In this document: piece after piece, positions 61,793-64,000 of the stretch
Layout: each line of letters begins with the position of its first letter
How positions within the stretch are numbered: position 1 is the stretch's first letter
From: Thermoleophilaceae bacterium
Lineage (GTDB): Bacteria; Actinomycetota; Thermoleophilia; Solirubrobacterales; Thermoleophilaceae
Reading direction: 5' to 3'
DNA: 64,000 bases
Assembly (NCBI GenBank): GCA_036407035.1
Contig: DASXAA010000219.1
Location: forward strand, 5,459 to 69,458
The notes under the pieces: generated by a model
Seen by the model: only the letters and a program-made list of their open reading frames with translations
Databases searched by the model: none
What the model was told of the DNA's origin: nothing
Position numbers and translations under genes: made by a program

Positions 61793-62701
61793 TCATCGAG
61801 ACAACCCGCGCAAAGTGCGGGCCAAGTCGAGCGTCCGCTCGGCGACTCGTCGTCGGTCCGCCGGGCTGTCCATCAGCGTGTCCGTCTCGATGGCCGGCAG
61901 CCCGTGGAGCGGCTCGTCCGCGACCACGCCGTCCACCAGCCCCTCGTAGGCGCGCGCCACGCCGGCGGCGCTGAGCTCGATGCCCGCCTGGGCGCAGAAC
62001 GCCTCGGTCGGCCCCTTGATCGACCGGCCGCCGACGAAGGGGCTCACCGCGACCACCGGCGCCGGGGCGTCGCGCACGGCCTCGCGCATCCCCGGCACGG
62101 CCAGGATCGGCCCGATCGAGATCACGGGGTTCGACGGCCCGATCACGATCGCCTCCGCCGCGGCGATCGCCTCGAGCACCTCGGGTGTGGGGCGGGCGGC
62201 GCCGATGCCGCGCAGCTCCACGCCGTCCACGGGGGCGGCGGCGCGCTCGACGATCATGAACTCCTGGAAGGGCACGGCGCGGCCCGCGCTCAGCACGTGC
62301 GTGGACACGGGCTCGTCGCACATCGGCAGCACCGGCGCGGCCACGCCCATGGCGCGCACGACGGCCGCGTGCGCCTCGGTGAGGCGCGCGCCGGAGCGCA
62401 GCCGGGCGGTCCTGATCAGGCACATTGCGAGGTCGCGGTCGCCGAGCCGGAACCACACCGGCTCGCCCGCGTCCTCCAGCGCGCCCATCACATCCCACGT
62501 GTCGCCGCGGATGCCGAAGCCCCGTTCGTCGATGGCGTCGGTGAGCCAGTACGTGACGAGGTCCGGGTCGGGGGAGACGTAGGCCCCGTACATCTCCACG
62601 TCGTCGCCGGTGTTGGCCACGACGGTCAGGTCCGCGACGTCGAGCAGTCCGCGCGCGAGCTTCGCGCCGCCGGTGCCGCCCGACAGGAGGACGGTTCTCA
62701 T
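61793..62701 (-). CDS. cofD: 2-phospho-L-lactate transferase (CofD/FbiA)
   Basis: 302 aa. MRTVLLSGGTGGAKLARGL...VVANTGDD...IVIGPSNPVISIGPIL. Confidence 0.9.
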   Translation of the reverse strand: MRTVLLSGGTGGAKLARGLLDVADLTVVANTGDDVEMYGAYVSPDPDLVTYWLTDAIDERGFGIRGDTWDVMGALEDAGEPVWFRLGDRDLAMCLIRTARLRSGARLTEAHAAVVRAMGVAAPVLPMCDEPVSTHVLSAGRAVPFQEFMIVERAAAPVDGVELRGIGAARPTPEVLEAIAAAEAIVIGPSNPVISIGPILAVPGMREAVRDAPAPVVAVSPFVGGRSIKGPTEAFCAQAGIELSAAGVARAYEGLVDGVVADEPLHGLPAIETDTLMDSPADRRRVAERTLDLARTLRGLSR

Positions 62702-62744
62702 GGGGCGGGGACGCTAGTGGACGCGACCTTGCGAGGATTAGGCC

Positions 62745-63638
62745 ATGGTCAAGGTGCGCGAGGTCGGCCCGCGCGACGGCTTCCAGAACGAGCCCGAGGT
62801 GATCCCGACCGACGACAAGGTGCGCCTCGTCGAGATGCTCGCCCGCACCGGCCTGCGGCGGCTCGAGGTCACGAGCTTCGTGCGCGCCGACGTGATCCCT
62901 CAGCTCGCCGACGGGGCCGAGGTCCTGCGCCGCGCCGAGATCCCGGACGACGTGTCGGTGAGCGTGTTGATCCCGAACGAGCGGGGGCTCGACAACGCGC
63001 TCCCGCTGCGCGACCGGTTCCAGGAGGTGAACCTCTTCCTGTCGGCGTCGGAGACGCACAACCGGAAGAACGTGAACCGCTCGATCGCCGAGTCGCTCGC
63101 GGGCCTCGAGCGCGTGATCGAGCGGGCGCGGGCCGAGGACCTGCGCTGCGAAGGCGTGATCTCCGTCTCCTTCGGCTGCCCGTACGAGGGCGAGGTGCCG
63201 CGCGAGCGGGTGCTCTCGATCGCCCGCCGGCTCGTCGACGCCGGCTGCGAGGAGATCGCCTTCGGCGACACGACCGGCATGGCGAACCCCGCTCAGGTGA
63301 GCCGCTTCTTCGACGACCTCGATCTGGGCGTGGAGCTGACGGCCCACTTCCACAACACGCGCGGCCAGGGGCTCGCGAACGTCGTCGCGAGCCTCGCCGC
63401 CGGCATCGGGTCGTTCGAGTCCTCGTTCGGCGAGCTGGGCGGCTGCCCGGTGCCACCGGGCGCGACCGGCAACATCGCCACCGAGGACCTCGTCTCGATG
63501 CTGCACGAGATGGGGGAGGAGACCGGCATCGATCTCGAGCGGCTGCTCGACTGCGCGCGCGAGGTGCAGCGGGTGCTCGGCCGGCCGCTCGGCAGCCACG
63601 TGCTGACGGCCGGTCCCGTCGACTGGAACCGCGGCTGA
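62745..63638 (+). CDS. hydroxymethylglutaryl-CoA lyase (HMGL-like TIM barrel)
   Basis: 297 aa. VREVGPRDGFQNE, ...SASETHNRKNVN..., ...AFGDTTGMANP..., HFHNTRGQGLANV, GGCP. Confidence 0.9.
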   Translation: MVKVREVGPRDGFQNEPEVIPTDDKVRLVEMLARTGLRRLEVTSFVRADVIPQLADGAEVLRRAEIPDDVSVSVLIPNERGLDNALPLRDRFQEVNLFLSASETHNRKNVNRSIAESLAGLERVIERARAEDLRCEGVISVSFGCPYEGEVPRERVLSIARRLVDAGCEEIAFGDTTGMANPAQVSRFFDDLDLGVELTAHFHNTRGQGLANVVASLAAGIGSFESSFGELGGCPVPPGATGNIATEDLVSMLHEMGEETGIDLERLLDCAREVQRVLGRPLGSHVLTAGPVDWNRG

Positions 63639-64000
63639 AGGTCGCGCGCCCGTCCCTGCTGGCGGTCGCGGTGGGCGCGGCCTCGGTGCTGCCCGGCTTC
63701 CTCGTCGGCGCCCTGACACTGCAGATCCGGTCCGACTTCGACGAGGGCGTGCGGGCCATCGCCGCCGGCGTGACCGTGTTCTTTCTCGCGGGCGCGTTCG
63801 GGACCGCCGCGGGCGGCCGGCTCGCCGAGCGGGTCGGCGGGCTGCGGGCGATGAGGGCGAGCGTGATCGTCACAGCGGGCTGCCTGCTCGCGATCGCGCT
63901 CGCGGCGAGGTCGCTGCCCGTGTTCTTCTTGCTGCTCGCCGCCGCAGGCGCCGCCAACGCCGTCACGCAGCCGGCGATCAACCTCTACATGGCGCGGGCG
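63635..64000 (+). CDS. MFS transporter, 5' part (continues beyond window; CTG start inferred)
   Basis: (M)KVARPSLLAVAVGAASVLPGFLVGALTLQIRSDF...GGRLAERVGGLRAM...LLAAAGAANAVTQPAINLYM shows TM1-TM3 of an MFS with the GxxxDRxGxR-like loop. CTG 63635 overlaps the lyase TGA. The alternative is GTG 63671. Confidence 0.6.
   Translation, partial: MKVARPSLLAVAVGAASVLPGFLVGALTLQIRSDFDEGVRAIAAGVTVFFLAGAFGTAAGGRLAERVGGLRAMRASVIVTAGCLLAIALAARSLPVFFLLLAAAGAANAVTQPAINLYMARA

Overview
This is a very GC-rich (by eye about 70% or higher, not computed), gene-dense chromosomal segment of actinobacterial type. The protein families and the arginine-rich secreted paralogues suggest a Solirubrobacterales/Conexibacter-like organism, which is inference only. 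I support about 70 protein-coding genes, one gene fragment and several operator- or terminator-like sites. I saw no rRNA, tRNA, CRISPR array, transposase or integrase. Content is mostly core and accessory metabolism. It includes GTP-PEP carboxykinase; an aldehyde dehydrogenase/FAD oxidoreductase pair; a TPP enzyme and a family III CoA-transferase; and glutathione S-transferases, VOC proteins and an F420-type LLM oxidoreductase. There is also a DsrE-like protein with SBP56 (the methanethiol-oxidase family), and a GH20+GH3 N-acetylhexosaminidase pair behind a perfect DasR-type dre operator. The CoA-related genes are an acyl-CoA mutase (MeaA/Ecm-like) - DUF559 - MeaB run and a crotonyl-CoA carboxylase/reductase. 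Other content is an S8 protease; a GGDEF/HD-GYP membrane protein; a MarR-MFS pair divergent from a MoaD-like/acetamidase-family/thioredoxin-fold operon; a multicopper oxidase-ZIP-DtxR/MntR-NRAMP operon; an aquaporin; and F420 biosynthesis genes cofD-cofC-cofE. The most notable observations are: (1) four CTGA stop/start junctions where the conserved N-terminus of the downstream protein can only begin at CTG; (2) a 144-nt multi-block rod-like inverted repeat between the c-di-GMP gene and the S8 protease; (3) a C-terminal (ASWR)x5 repeat on the protease that is maintained with synonymous codons; (4) unusual gene pairings, namely MoaD-like with a C-terminal extension plus an amidase-family enzyme, oxidase plus ZIP plus Mn regulator/transporter, and DsrE plus SBP56 plus a micro-ORF. 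Many long ORFs in the supplied track are antisense shadow ORFs of a high-GC genome and were not called.
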